DNA of 64,000 bases from Polyangiaceae bacterium. Lineage in GTDB: Bacteria > Myxococcota_A > Polyangia > Polyangiales > Polyangiaceae. This document shows, in pieces, positions 35,888-45,753 of the stretch (within the stretch, counting starts at the first letter, position 1; every line of letters starts with the position of its first letter). The position numbers and the translations under genes were made by a program. Where the stretch lies: contig JANRKO010000006.1 in the NCBI GenBank assembly GCA_033763455.1, positions 288,001-352,000 of the forward strand, read 5' to 3'. The notes under the pieces are model-generated. The model saw only the letters and a program-made list of their open reading frames with translations. It was not told the DNA's origin and made no database searches.

Positions 35888-37249
35888 TCAGAACGGATTG
35901 TCACGAACAATGGCCGGGCTCTTCGGGGGCGCCGCGGGTGCTTTCTGAGGTGGCGCTTTGGACTCGGCGGGACGTTTAGCAGGCGGCCGCGCAGGCCTCA
36001 CCGGGGCAGAAGCAGGCTGTTTCGCGGGCTTCTGGTTGGCCTTTCTGGAACCGGGCGATGGGCGATCCTTTGCCTCAGCAGGTGCGGGAGCTTCTGCGGG
36101 CTCGTCAGTGCTAGGTGGGGGCGGCGCTGGGGCTGCCTCGGGCGGTGCTTGGGGGGCCTCTTTTTCTGAGGCGACTTTCTCTGGCTCAGCTACGGGTGAG
36201 GTTGCCGCCGCGACGCCCTCGCTTCGACTAGCGGTTGCCGCCGCATCGTCTTTGGGATCGCTGTTGCCACCCAGCATCAGTGCGCCCACCACGACCACGA
36301 CAAGCGCGACACCGGCGACGATGACCATCGTTCGCTTGGATTGCGGGCGCATGTTCGGCACGTCGTCGGCCTGGAAGGCAGGGGCCGTTGGGCGCACTGG
36401 TATGGCAGCTGGCATTGCTGCGTTGAAGGCCGGCACCGACCTTGCCACGCTCGGCTCTACCATCACGCTGGGAAGGTTCGTCGGCGGAGGTGCACTCGCG
36501 GGCTTCTCTTGGAGAACCTGTACTTGCACTTGCATGGGCGCGGGCGGAGAGGAGCCGACCGGGGCTGGGTTCGCGCCTGGGACCTCGCTGTTCTTGGATG
36601 TGGCCGCCCCAGGTGATGTGGCCGCCTGCGCGGTGGTAACGGCCTCTTGCGCGGGTGGCGTTGACTGGGCGGAGGTAACGGCCTCTTGCGCGGGTGTAGC
36701 TGTTGCGGGGGGGGCACTCGTGATTGGAATCACCGGCGGCAGGACCACCGGCGCCATTCCGAGGAGTGTTTGCTTGGGCGCAGGACGGACACTTGCTTTC
36801 GGGGCGAGAGCAACTTTTTCAGACGCGACATCTGCTAATGGAGGCGGTGCCGGAACGGATACCGGCCTAGGGGCGGCGGGCTGCGCTGTGGCCGGTGTGG
36901 GAACCGCTGGAGCGGGGGCAGCCGTGGGAGCTAAGCCAGCCGCTGGTGCGGGGCTCAAGGGGAGAATCGATACCGGGCCAATTCCCCTCGGCGTAATGTC
37001 CTGCGGGCGTGGCGCGAGCGGGCCGGCGGGGTAAGAGTCGGGGCGTTTGCTTGGTAGGCTCGGGGTTGGCGCGGGCACGGCAGCCTCTGACGCTTTGGCC
37101 TTGGCCACGGGCTCTGCCTTGGACGATTTTTCCCAGACTGCCTTGAACTGCCGCGCGAACGCTTCGGCTTCATCGGGGGTGAGCTCTTTTTCTCGCCGAA
37201 TTGGCTGCTTGCTGTCTGAAGAGGGGTTTTTGCCCGATGGATCGCCCAT
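35888..37249 (-). CDS. Pro/Ala-rich single-pass membrane protein ending in IVRDNPF
   Basis: ATG 37249 (MGDPSGK); long low-complexity cytoplasmic part with a KQTLLG motif; TM MVIVAGVALVVVVVGALML; Pro/Lys-rich periplasmic tail. Confidence 0.65.
   Translation of the reverse strand: MGDPSGKNPSSDSKQPIRREKELTPDEAEAFARQFKAVWEKSSKAEPVAKAKASEAAVPAPTPSLPSKRPDSYPAGPLAPRPQDITPRGIGPVSILPLSPAPAAGLAPTAAPAPAVPTPATAQPAAPRPVSVPAPPPLADVASEKVALAPKASVRPAPKQTLLGMAPVVLPPVIPITSAPPATATPAQEAVTSAQSTPPAQEAVTTAQAATSPGAATSKNSEVPGANPAPVGSSPPAPMQVQVQVLQEKPASAPPPTNLPSVMVEPSVARSVPAFNAAMPAAIPVRPTAPAFQADDVPNMRPQSKRTMVIVAGVALVVVVVGALMLGGNSDPKDDAAATASRSEGVAAATSPVAEPEKVASEKEAPQAPPEAAPAPPPPSTDEPAEAPAPAEAKDRPSPGSRKANQKPAKQPASAPVRPARPPAKRPAESKAPPQKAPAAPPKSPAIVRDNPF
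36635..36696. repeat. 23-bp perfect direct repeat with a 39-bp period (PAQEAVT x2)
   Basis: GGTAACGGCCTCTTGCGCGGGTG at 36635-36657 and 36674-36696. Confidence 0.85.
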
Positions 37250-37391
37250 TTTTTCCCGTTCCGCCGTTGCTGCCGAGGTGCTCGCACGGTACCGCGATTC
37301 GCGAGGGGCGGCAATGTAGCGGCCTCGTGAACACGTCACCCGAAAGTCGTCCAATCGCGCTAGGTAGGATTACAACCGACCACGCCCTTCG

Positions 37392-39020
37392 ATGACTCGA
37401 CTGCCACATGCCCTCCGCAAAGCTATTTGGTGCGCGATATTACTCGCAGGCGCGCAAGGCTGCGGCCGAAATTCTGGCCTCCCCAGTGAGAAGCAGTCAG
37501 CGGCACAAGCCTCCTCCTCCGCTGAAGCCTCCCGCATAGCGCGTCCGGATGGTGTTGCTCGCTCGGCCGAGCTCGCGGCCAAAGGGGCCAGAAGCCCCGG
37601 CAAGGAAGGTGCACGGCTGTTGGTGGAGGCCGCGCGCCTCCGAGCCGGCTACTTTCGGACTGAACACAACCGGGCAGACGCGCTCGAAGCGATTGCACTC
37701 TACAAGGAGGCGTCTAGTCGGGCATGGGAAGGTGCGTGCCTTGCACGACTGGATGGGATCCTACTCGAAGCCGAACTTCAGCCGGAACCGGCGGCTGCGT
37801 ACCGGGAGCTCGCATCGCTCGATACGTCAGGCAACGCGGTATGTCAGGAGCAGGTGGAGCGTGTCAAGAGCAAGCTCTCCGCCTACGCGGACGTCAAGAA
37901 GGATGCTGATACGTTGCAGAAGCAGACCGTTTTGAGCGCCTCGGGCAAGCTGATGGGGGGAGCGCCACAAGCCAACAGCCTTCGGAACCATGGCAGCGCG
38001 CTCATCACTCAGATCCACCGTTACGGAGCGAAAGATGCGGCACGTATTGTAGTGGAACTTTCTGATCCGGTGGCTTTTGAAGTAGGTACTCTAAAAGGGG
38101 AGGCCGGGGCTCCGGGGCCAAGAGTATTTGTGGATATCCCTAGAGCCGAATACCGCGGAGAGCCTACGTTTGAGGTTGGCGGAGTGGTGCGGCGTTTGCG
38201 CATCGGGGCGCGCGCTTCGGGTATCCGTATTGTTTTGGACCTTGAGTCGGAAGTTTATCAGAAGGTGTTCTATCTGCCTGAGCCGTTTCGCTTGATCATC
38301 GACGTGGCGACTCGTTCCCCGCGCTTGGTGGCGCAAGGCGAAGGTCCGCGCCCGATTCGTCGCGTTGTTTTGGATCCGGGCCACGGTGGCCATGACCCTG
38401 GCGCCACGGGCCCTTCCGGCCTGCGCGAGAAGGACGTGACGCTTGATATCGCGCGCCGCGCGGCCCCGCTCATTGCTGAGGAATTGGGCATAGCCACGCT
38501 CCTTACGCGCGACTCGGACACGTACGTGGCGCTCGACGAACGTACGGCCAAAGCCAACGCTTTCAATGCTGACGCGTTCGTCTCGATTCACTGCAACGCG
38601 ACCGAAGATGGTCACAGCGACGGCGTGATGACGTTTGTTTTGGACGCGTCCAAGGACGCCTTCGCGACCCGCATTGCGGCGCGTGAAAACTCTGCGTCTG
38701 TGGCGGCGGCTTCCGAACTTGCCACGGCCATGAGCGGCGAGGCAGATACCGAGGTGATGGCTCTGAGTACGCATCTTGCCACGTTGCTGCAGCGTGCAAC
38801 GGTGGTTTCGCTTGAACCTGGCTATGGCAAGGTGGTGGACCACGGAGTGAAACGCGCGGGCTTCTACGTGCTGGCGGGCGCCCACATGCCGGCTGTGCTT
38901 TTTGAGGCGTCGTTCATTTCTAACCCGACCGGCGAAGTGCACCTCAACACGGCTGACTACCGACAGAAGCTCGCGGATGGGATCGTGAACGCAGTGCGGG
39001 CGTTTCGCGACGGGCGCTAG
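37392..39020 (+). CDS. amiC: N-acetylmuramoyl-L-alanine amidase (AMIN + Amidase_3) with an N-terminal helical/TPR-like region; possible lipoprotein
   Basis: VVLDPGHGGHDPGA, EKDVTL, FVSIHCNA and FYVL...PAVLFE motifs; AMIN-like RIVVELS..RVFVDI..RIVLDL..RLIIDV; AQG-C near the N-terminus. Confidence 0.9.
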   Translation: MTRLPHALRKAIWCAILLAGAQGCGRNSGLPSEKQSAAQASSSAEASRIARPDGVARSAELAAKGARSPGKEGARLLVEAARLRAGYFRTEHNRADALEAIALYKEASSRAWEGACLARLDGILLEAELQPEPAAAYRELASLDTSGNAVCQEQVERVKSKLSAYADVKKDADTLQKQTVLSASGKLMGGAPQANSLRNHGSALITQIHRYGAKDAARIVVELSDPVAFEVGTLKGEAGAPGPRVFVDIPRAEYRGEPTFEVGGVVRRLRIGARASGIRIVLDLESEVYQKVFYLPEPFRLIIDVATRSPRLVAQGEGPRPIRRVVLDPGHGGHDPGATGPSGLREKDVTLDIARRAAPLIAEELGIATLLTRDSDTYVALDERTAKANAFNADAFVSIHCNATEDGHSDGVMTFVLDASKDAFATRIAARENSASVAAASELATAMSGEADTEVMALSTHLATLLQRATVVSLEPGYGKVVDHGVKRAGFYVLAGAHMPAVLFEASFISNPTGEVHLNTADYRQKLADGIVNAVRAFRDGR

Positions 39021-39083
39021 GGCTATTAGAAGCCCCCCGGCCCTCGGCTGGCCTCAATCGTCGCCCCGCAAGCTTTCGGGCGA

Positions 39084-39112
39084 TTGACCCACTGACCCCG
39101 CGTACTTATGCT
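39084..39112 (+). promoter_or_regulatory. Sigma70-type promoter for dksA
   Basis: TTGACC-N17-TATGCT. Confidence 0.55.
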
Positions 39113-39167
39113 GGGTGGCCGTATTTGGCCCCTGAGCCAGACGTTCACCCAACCTGCCAAGAGAGAC

Positions 39168-39530
39168 ATGACCAAGGCACAACTGAAGAAGTTTAAAGAG
39201 CTCCTTGAGGCCAAGCGTCTAGACATTGCAAAGCGTGCCCAGCAAACGCTCGAGCAAGACATGGCGCTAGACGTGGATGATCTTCCCGACGAAATGGACC
39301 TGGCGTCGAGCGAGTACTTGCAGGCCTTCACCTTTCGGCTCCGGGGTAGGGAGAAAGTCTTCCTCGACAAGATCCAACAAGCCTTGCAACGCATTGAGGA
39401 CGGCACGTTCGGCGTGTGCGAGGAATGCAGCGAGCGTATTTCCATCAAACGGCTCGAGGCGCGCCCTGAGACGACGCTCTGCATCCGCTGCAAAGAGGAT
39501 CAGGAGCGCGTCGAAAAAGACTTCGGCTGA
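39168..39530 (+). CDS. dksA: DksA/TraR C4 zinc-finger transcription factor
   Basis: Coiled-coil tip DEMDLA, ALQRIEDGTFGVCEEC, RLEARPETTLCIRC. Start MTKAQLKK at 39168. Confidence 0.9.
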   Translation: MTKAQLKKFKELLEAKRLDIAKRAQQTLEQDMALDVDDLPDEMDLASSEYLQAFTFRLRGREKVFLDKIQQALQRIEDGTFGVCEECSERISIKRLEARPETTLCIRCKEDQERVEKDFG

Positions 39531-39596
39531 GGGTTGCTTCCTAGGGGGAAAATTGGCCGCTCTCGGCCGGGGGGAGGCGCCTGAAGCCGGCGATCT

Positions 39597-42533
39597 TTAT
39601 CGGGCTTTCTTCTTTGGGGTACCCGGTTTCGGTGTACTCCCTGGTGCGCTCGGAGGTTGGCTCGCCAAGGTGGGTGGGGCGGATTCGTCGACGATCCCTC
39701 CGAGAGCCAGCTTGAGATAGGTCCCAGTATGGCTTTGAGCATTGGCGGCAAGCATTTCCGGCGGGCCTTCTCCCACCACGAAGCCTCCGCCGTCGCCCCC
39801 TTCTGGGCCCATGTCGATCACCCAATCTGAGCACGCGATGAGATCGATGTTGTGCTCGATGATCAAGATAGAGTTGCCCGCGTCGCGTAGGTCAAATAAC
39901 GCCCGTGTGAGCAGCTCAATGTCTTGGAAGTGTAGCCCGGTGGTCGGTTCATCCAAGACATAGAGTGTCTGCCCAGTCGCCTTGCGCGCGAGTTCGCTAG
40001 CGAGCTTCACGCGCTGAGCTTCCCCACCCGACAACGTGGTGGCCGCTTGCCCAAGTTGAATATACCCGAGCCCTACTTGCAGCAGGGCGACCAGGCGCTG
40101 GGCGATTCTGGGGACGGGCTCAAAAATCTTAGCGGCATCTTCCACCGTAAGTTCCAGCGCATCGGCAATGGAGAGCCCTCGGTACTTCACCTCCAAGGTT
40201 TCCCGATTGTAACGCCTGCCGTTACACGTATCGCAGGTTACGTAGACGTCGGGAAGGAAGTGCATTTCGATGCGCAAGACGCCGTCCCCCTGGCAAGCTT
40301 CACAGCGGCCCCCCTTGACGTTGAAGGAGAACCGCCCGGGCTTGTAGCCGCGTGCGCGTGCATCAGGAAGCCCCGCGTAAAGCTCACGGAGATGCGTAAA
40401 AATGCCGGTGTAAGTGGCGGGGTTCGAGCGCGGGGTTCGACCAATGGGTGCCTGATCGATGCTGATAACCTTATCGATAAACTCAAAGCCACGTATCGCT
40501 TCGCAAGCTCCCACCGAGCCACTTGCACCGTACAGCCGTGCACGTGCCGCGCTAAGGAGAGTGTCGACGATGAGGCTGCTTTTCCCAGAGCCAGAAACGC
40601 CCGTCACTGAAGTGAGGAGACCGAGGGGGATGCTCACGCTGACGTTCTTAAGATTGTTCGCGGAGGCTCCCACGATGCGGAGGCTCTTTTCCCCCGGCAC
40701 ACGACGTGGCCCCGGTGCCTGGAGAGTTCGTTCCCCAGAAAGATAGGGGCCGGTGACGGAGAGCGGATCCCGAGTGATGTCCTCGGGCGCTCCCTGGCTT
40801 ACGATCCGACCGCCATGAGCGCCTGCGCGCGGTCCCATATCGACCACGTAGTCTGCTGCTAGAATCGCCTCGCGATCGTGCTCCACCACGAGCACGCTAT
40901 TGCCTTTTTCCACCAACCGGCGAAGGGCGCCGAGCAGGCGCGCGTTGTCCCGGGCATGTAGCCCCACACTCGGTTCATCCAAGACATAAAGCACCCCCAC
41001 CAAGGATGCTCCGATCTGGGTGGCCAAGCGGATGCGTTGCCCCTCGCCGCCGGAAAGTGAATGCGCCGGTCGGTCAAGCGAAAGGTAATCGAGCCCTACA
41101 TCCAACAGAAATCCAAGGCGCTCAGTCATGGCGCGCAATAGAGGCACGGCAATCGCGTTGTCCTTAGCCTGTGGGAATTGCTGCTCCCCGAAGGTTCTTA
41201 GGAGTTCGCGGAGAGCTCCAAGTGGCATGGAGCACAAATCGGCGATCGTCTTTTTGGCAATCTTCACGGCCAATGCTTCTGGTCGGAGACGTGCGCCATG
41301 ACACGCGTCGCAGGTTTGAGAAATGATGAAGCGCCCTAGATCGTCCGGACCTATCGTGCCATCACTCGGATCGTGTTCTTCCCCTTCAAGCCATTGATCG
41401 TTCCGGCGCATGCGTTCTAGGCGAGGGAGCACGCCTTCGTACTCAACGCGCCGTTTACCCTTGGCCTTTGCGCTTTCCCCACCAACACCATGGAGCAACT
41501 GCTCACGCATACGTTCGGGTAGATCCTGCCAAGCGACGTCCGGATCGACGCCTAGAGCTTTCACTGCTTGGTCCACTTCGTGGGCCGTAGAAACGGACCC
41601 GCGGCGACCCAAAGCGGCAATCGCCCCTTCGCGCAAAGTTCTCGTCTTATCCGGCACCACGCGATCCGGATCGATCACTGAGTGGACGCCGAGACCGTCG
41701 CACTTTGGGCAAGCACCGTGAGGACTGTTAAACGAGAAAAGTCGTGGTTCAAGCGGGGGCAGCACGGCTCCGTGCTTCCAAGAAATCAGGCGCTCACTCA
41801 TGACGCGCGCCTCTGTGCCATCCATGTCGTCGATGAGGATCGTTCTGTCGCCCACGCTTAGGGCGAGCTCCACGGAATCGGTGATGCGTCCTTTGCTCCC
41901 TTCACGCACTACGATCCGGTCTACGACAACTTCGACATCGTGGAGAGCTTTGGGGTCCACGGCGAGCTCGTCACCCAACTCAAAGACAGCACCATCTACA
42001 CGGGCTCGTACGAATCCGTCCCGCCGTAGGCGTTCGAACTCAGCCTTGAAGTCACCTGGTTGTTGGCGCGCGATGGGTGCAAGCAGCGTCGCCTTGGCAC
42101 CGTCACCGCGAGCTAGGATGCTGTCTACCATCTCTTGCACCGTGTAAGCCCGGAGCACCTCGCCGGAGATGGGGCAATGGGGTGTGCCTACGCGGGCGTA
42201 CAATAAACGCAGATAATCGGCGATCTCCGTGACCGTACCAACCGTTGAACGCGGACTCTTGCCCAGCGCTTTCTGCTCAATGGCGATCGCAGGGCTCAAG
42301 CCCTCAATGCTTTCCACCTCGGGCTTCGGCAGCTGATCGAGGAACTGCCGGGCGTACGCGGAGAGTGACTCTACGTAGCGGCGCTGGCCCTCCGCGTAGA
42401 TGGTGTCAAACGCAAGGGAGGACTTTCCGGAACCACTCGGGCCCGTAAGTACGACTAGCCGATTCCGAGGGAGGGAACAGCTAACGTTCTGCAGGTTGTG
42501 TTGATTCGCCCCTCGGACGACGAGGTAATCCAT
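39597..42533 (-). CDS. uvrA: Excinuclease ABC subunit A
   Basis: GPSGSGKSSLAFDTIYAEGQRRYVESLS, two LSGGE.QR signatures, GVSGSGKS, FSFNVKGGRCEAC. Confidence 0.98.
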   Translation of the reverse strand: MDYLVVRGANQHNLQNVSCSLPRNRLVVLTGPSGSGKSSLAFDTIYAEGQRRYVESLSAYARQFLDQLPKPEVESIEGLSPAIAIEQKALGKSPRSTVGTVTEIADYLRLLYARVGTPHCPISGEVLRAYTVQEMVDSILARGDGAKATLLAPIARQQPGDFKAEFERLRRDGFVRARVDGAVFELGDELAVDPKALHDVEVVVDRIVVREGSKGRITDSVELALSVGDRTILIDDMDGTEARVMSERLISWKHGAVLPPLEPRLFSFNSPHGACPKCDGLGVHSVIDPDRVVPDKTRTLREGAIAALGRRGSVSTAHEVDQAVKALGVDPDVAWQDLPERMREQLLHGVGGESAKAKGKRRVEYEGVLPRLERMRRNDQWLEGEEHDPSDGTIGPDDLGRFIISQTCDACHGARLRPEALAVKIAKKTIADLCSMPLGALRELLRTFGEQQFPQAKDNAIAVPLLRAMTERLGFLLDVGLDYLSLDRPAHSLSGGEGQRIRLATQIGASLVGVLYVLDEPSVGLHARDNARLLGALRRLVEKGNSVLVVEHDREAILAADYVVDMGPRAGAHGGRIVSQGAPEDITRDPLSVTGPYLSGERTLQAPGPRRVPGEKSLRIVGASANNLKNVSVSIPLGLLTSVTGVSGSGKSSLIVDTLLSAARARLYGASGSVGACEAIRGFEFIDKVISIDQAPIGRTPRSNPATYTGIFTHLRELYAGLPDARARGYKPGRFSFNVKGGRCEACQGDGVLRIEMHFLPDVYVTCDTCNGRRYNRETLEVKYRGLSIADALELTVEDAAKIFEPVPRIAQRLVALLQVGLGYIQLGQAATTLSGGEAQRVKLASELARKATGQTLYVLDEPTTGLHFQDIELLTRALFDLRDAGNSILIIEHNIDLIACSDWVIDMGPEGGDGGGFVVGEGPPEMLAANAQSHTGTYLKLALGGIVDESAPPTLASQPPSAPGSTPKPGTPKKKAR

Positions 42534-42665
42534 TTAGGGTGCACACTAACCGAAGTCCCGTCCCTCACGGCTGCATTTTCGGGGGGACGCCAGGAGGTGC
42601 CGCTCTTGCGCCTATCTTCTTACCGTTCGCCCGGCCTTCTTCCGCATATGATCTGCGGCCGAGAG

Positions 42666-42694
42666 TTGCCCCCGAGAGGGGCATCGACTAGCGT
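42666..42694 (+). promoter_or_regulatory. Possible sigma70 promoter for tRNA-Ile2
   Basis: TTGCCC-N17-TAGCGT. Confidence 0.35.
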
Positions 42695-42731
42695 CCGAGC
42701 CCCGTGCAACCGAGCCTACCAGGAATACCCG

Positions 42732-42805
42732 GGGCCCATAGCTCAATTGGTCAGAGCCCCCGGCTCATAACCGGGCTGTTGCTGGTTCGAACCCAGCTGG
42801 GCCCA
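42732..42805 (+). tRNA. tRNA-Ile2 (CAT anticodon, lysidine-modified type); CCA not encoded
   Basis: Cloverleaf: acceptor GGGCCCA/TGGGCCC, D-stem GCTC/GAGC, anticodon arm CCCGG-CTCATAA-CCGGG, T arm GCTGG-TTCGAAC-CCAGC. C4-G69 and C5-G68 are typical TilS determinants. Confidence 0.9.
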
Positions 42806-42861
42806 CTACTTTTGGGTCGGTTGTGTCTCTCTGGAATACGTGGCAAGGAGCGCCCTCAATA

Positions 42862-43626
42862 GTGACGATTCAAGCGGAAGTTGAGATCTTAGAAGGCCTC
42901 TCCAAGCTCGACCAAAGCCTTGCCGGTTTGCTCGAAGAGCTTGGCCGGGAACGCACCGCGCTCGAAGGGAAGCGACAAAAGCTTAAGGAGCTTCAAGCGC
43001 GCGTAGCTTCTGCGGCTCAAGGCCTACAGGAGATGGACCGCACTCGAAGTGAACTTCTCACCGAAGTTCGGCAGATGAGTGTTCAGCTCGATCGCTCACG
43101 TGAAAAGCTGTCACGCTGTCGGACCGAGCGTGAAGCCAACGCAGCCCAGCGAGAGGTCGAGGAGATGCGAAAGCTCTACCGAGACCGCGAGCAGGAAATA
43201 GAGAAGTTAGCGAGCATTTCGGAGCAAGGTAAGCTTGAGCTTGAGAAAACTACGGCCGAGCGAGATAAGTTGGAGGGTGAGTTGGGCGCTAATGAGGGCA
43301 CCGTTACGACCCACCTCACAGAGCTTGAGAGGCGTTCCAAGCTCATTGAAGACGAACGCAAGGCCCTAGTAAGCGGCCTCAACGTAGTGCTCTATCGTCG
43401 GTACGAATTGGTGCGCAAGCGTCGTGGGTCCGCAATTGCGTACACGTCGGATGGGATCTGCTCTGCCTGTCACGTGCGGATCGCTCCGATGATGTTCCAC
43501 ACGCTTATGCGGGGTACGTCCTTCGAGCAGTGCCCTAACTGCAACCGCATCCTCTATTACCGTGAGCCCGGTTCTGCTGCTGCCGCCGAGCCCCAGGAGT
43601 CTTCTGCGACGCATGATTCCAAGTAG
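42862..43626 (+). CDS. Coiled-coil + C4-type zinc-ribbon protein (zf-RING_7; HP0958/CT398-like)
   Basis: Long coiled coil followed by CSACHV...CPNCNRILY. GTG 42862 after AAGGAG. Confidence 0.9.
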   Translation: MTIQAEVEILEGLSKLDQSLAGLLEELGRERTALEGKRQKLKELQARVASAAQGLQEMDRTRSELLTEVRQMSVQLDRSREKLSRCRTEREANAAQREVEEMRKLYRDREQEIEKLASISEQGKLELEKTTAERDKLEGELGANEGTVTTHLTELERRSKLIEDERKALVSGLNVVLYRRYELVRKRRGSAIAYTSDGICSACHVRIAPMMFHTLMRGTSFEQCPNCNRILYYREPGSAAAAEPQESSATHDSK

Positions 43627-43662
43627 CGACCTTTCGCACCATCCGGAGCCGAGGAGTTTCGC

Positions 43663-45006
43663 ATGAAAGCCTGCCCCACGTGTGGGCGCCTGTTTCCGCA
43701 GGACGCCGCGTTTTGCCCAGTCGACGGTCAAGCGCTGAAAAATGCGACGGACGTGCCGGTGGTCGCAGACGCAAGCGATCCACGTGTTGGGCAGTTGATG
43801 TGCGGGCGTTACCAGGTCCGTCGGGTGATTGCTGACGGAGGAATGGGGCGCGTTTACGAAGCTCTCGACGTGCAGGCTCGGGCGAGCGTGGCGCTAAAAG
43901 TGCTCCATCCTGAGGTCGCCGTCGACGAAGTGCAGCTTCAGCGCTTCAAGCGCGAGTTCGAGGTGAGCAAGGAGCTTCCACATCATCACATTGTGGATGT
44001 GCGTGATTTTCAGCCAACGCACGATGGCAGTTACGTGCTGGCCATGGAGCTGCTCTACGGCGAGGAGCTCCGCGCAACTTTAAAGCGAGAAGGGGTGATC
44101 GCACCTGCGCGCGTGATTCGCATGCTGAGCCAGGTGGCCATCGGCCTGGACGCGGCACACGCAAAGAAGCTCGTGCATCGGGATCTTAAGCCAGACAACA
44201 TTTACCTGTGTCAGGCCGCAGATGGCGACACGATTAAGATTTTGGACTTTGGGTCCGTGCGCGACAACACCGAGACCGCGAAGAAGCTCACCGTAATGGG
44301 CACCACGATCGGCTCTCCGTATTACATGGCCCCCGAGCAGGCGCAGGGCCTAGACTCGTTGGATCACCGTGCGGACGTATGGGCGCTGGCCGCGATCGTC
44401 TACGAGGCAGTGACGGGGCAAGTGCCGTTTAATGGGCCTAACGGTCCGTCAATTCTGCTTCAGATCCTCACCAAGGAACCCGCCGCTCCCAGCCAAGCTG
44501 GGGCAGGGAAGAAATACCCCGTGCCGCCGACGTTGGATCGCGTCATGGCCCACGGCCTGAAGAAGCTCCCGGCGCTCAGAATCAACAGTGTTGGCGAGCT
44601 CGCGGACGCGGTGGGGCAGGCCTACGGCCTGACGGGCAACCATCTGGACTGGGCAGTGGCCGCCCAGGCTGCGCTCGCGGCTCAGATCGAAAGCCGCTTG
44701 CCGGGCTTGATGACACCCGAAGCTCCTAAGAAGCCGGACACGGTCGATGATTTTTTTGGTGAGTCTGAGGCCCTGGGCGCAACAGTAGCGAGTGCTCCTC
44801 CCGGGTTCGTTCCGCCAACCCAGGCGTCCGCGCCCGCAGGAGGCCCAGCGGTGGCGCCGTGGCAGCAGCCGCTTGCGAGCGCCACAAGCGAAGAAGGGCT
44901 CGCTGTGGCGGGGGTTCCAAAGCCGGGCTTAAATTGGCCCGTCATGGCCGCCGTAGCGGTGGCCGCCCTGGTGCTGGGTGTTGTCTTGGTGCTTTTTTTG
45001 CGCTGA
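43663..45006 (+). CDS. Hanks-type Ser/Thr protein kinase with an N-terminal zinc ribbon and a C-terminal TM
   Basis: CPTCG..FCPVDG; GGMGRVY, VALK, HRDLKPDN, DFG and APE motifs; C-terminal hydrophobic helix. Confidence 0.93.
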   Translation: MKACPTCGRLFPQDAAFCPVDGQALKNATDVPVVADASDPRVGQLMCGRYQVRRVIADGGMGRVYEALDVQARASVALKVLHPEVAVDEVQLQRFKREFEVSKELPHHHIVDVRDFQPTHDGSYVLAMELLYGEELRATLKREGVIAPARVIRMLSQVAIGLDAAHAKKLVHRDLKPDNIYLCQAADGDTIKILDFGSVRDNTETAKKLTVMGTTIGSPYYMAPEQAQGLDSLDHRADVWALAAIVYEAVTGQVPFNGPNGPSILLQILTKEPAAPSQAGAGKKYPVPPTLDRVMAHGLKKLPALRINSVGELADAVGQAYGLTGNHLDWAVAAQAALAAQIESRLPGLMTPEAPKKPDTVDDFFGESEALGATVASAPPGFVPPTQASAPAGGPAVAPWQQPLASATSEEGLAVAGVPKPGLNWPVMAAVAVAALVLGVVLVLFLR

Positions 45007-45083
45007 GTTGGGAGAGGGCCCCCTTTTGTTCGGGGCTGGGGCGAGGTTGGCGCCTCGGCGCGTTTTGACCTAAGAAGAGCCTT

Positions 45084-45611
45084 ATGGGTCGTTCTGTGAC
45101 GTTCGTGGGTCCCCTGTTTTTTTCAATCTCGCTCGCGGGCGTTTGGTCCTGCAGCAAGCATGAGGCGAAAGCTGAGCCGCCCACAGCTGTGAACGTGGCG
45201 GCGGCTACGGCAGCGAATGGGTCGTTGGCCACCGAGGCCACGGGGCCCGCCGCAGCGCCCAAGTTCGATGATGTCGCGTTTGAGGTGGCGATGGTGGCCA
45301 CTGGTCCCATTAAAGCGGGTCAGCCGAGCGCTGTGGAAGTAAGGCTTAAGGCAAAGAGCCCGTACCACTGCAACGACAAGTATCCCTACAAGTTCAAGCC
45401 GAAGGCGACGGATGGCATCGAGTTCGAAGAACCTGTCGTGCGGTCGGAGAAGGGCAAGCTCGAAAAATCCACCTTCACGTTGCCGATTCGCTTTACGCCC
45501 AAGGCGGCCGGTCCGCACAGAATTGAAGGGCAGTTCTCGTTTTCAGTCTGTACCGACGATCGCTGCCTAGTTGAACGTCGCGATCTCGCTTTGCCCGTGG
45601 AAGTTCAGTAA
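45084..45611 (+). CDS. Lipoprotein with a DsbD N-terminal-like Ig fold
   Basis: Lipobox-like VWS-C; YHCNDKYP and F.FSVCTDDRCL motifs. Confidence 0.55.
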   Translation: MGRSVTFVGPLFFSISLAGVWSCSKHEAKAEPPTAVNVAAATAANGSLATEATGPAAAPKFDDVAFEVAMVATGPIKAGQPSAVEVRLKAKSPYHCNDKYPYKFKPKATDGIEFEEPVVRSEKGKLEKSTFTLPIRFTPKAAGPHRIEGQFSFSVCTDDRCLVERRDLALPVEVQ

Positions 45612-45753
45612 CCCGCGGCCTTGCTGCACTGCGTTTCTAACGACAAATTGGCCTGGCTGGCGAGTTCTGAAGAGAAATCGCAAACGGCCGGTTCGTTGTC
45701 CGGGCTGGCGCAACTTTACGTTGTCCGGGGGTTGCGTGTTACTCTAGCCCACT

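Noticed and set aside
35958..37034. 358-aa Gly/Ala-rich + strand ORF
   Set aside because: Antisense shadow of the Pro/Ala-rich minus-strand gene, which has a TM and operon context.
42534..42660. LexA/SOS box upstream of uvrA
   Set aside because: No match to a LexA consensus that I could support by eye.
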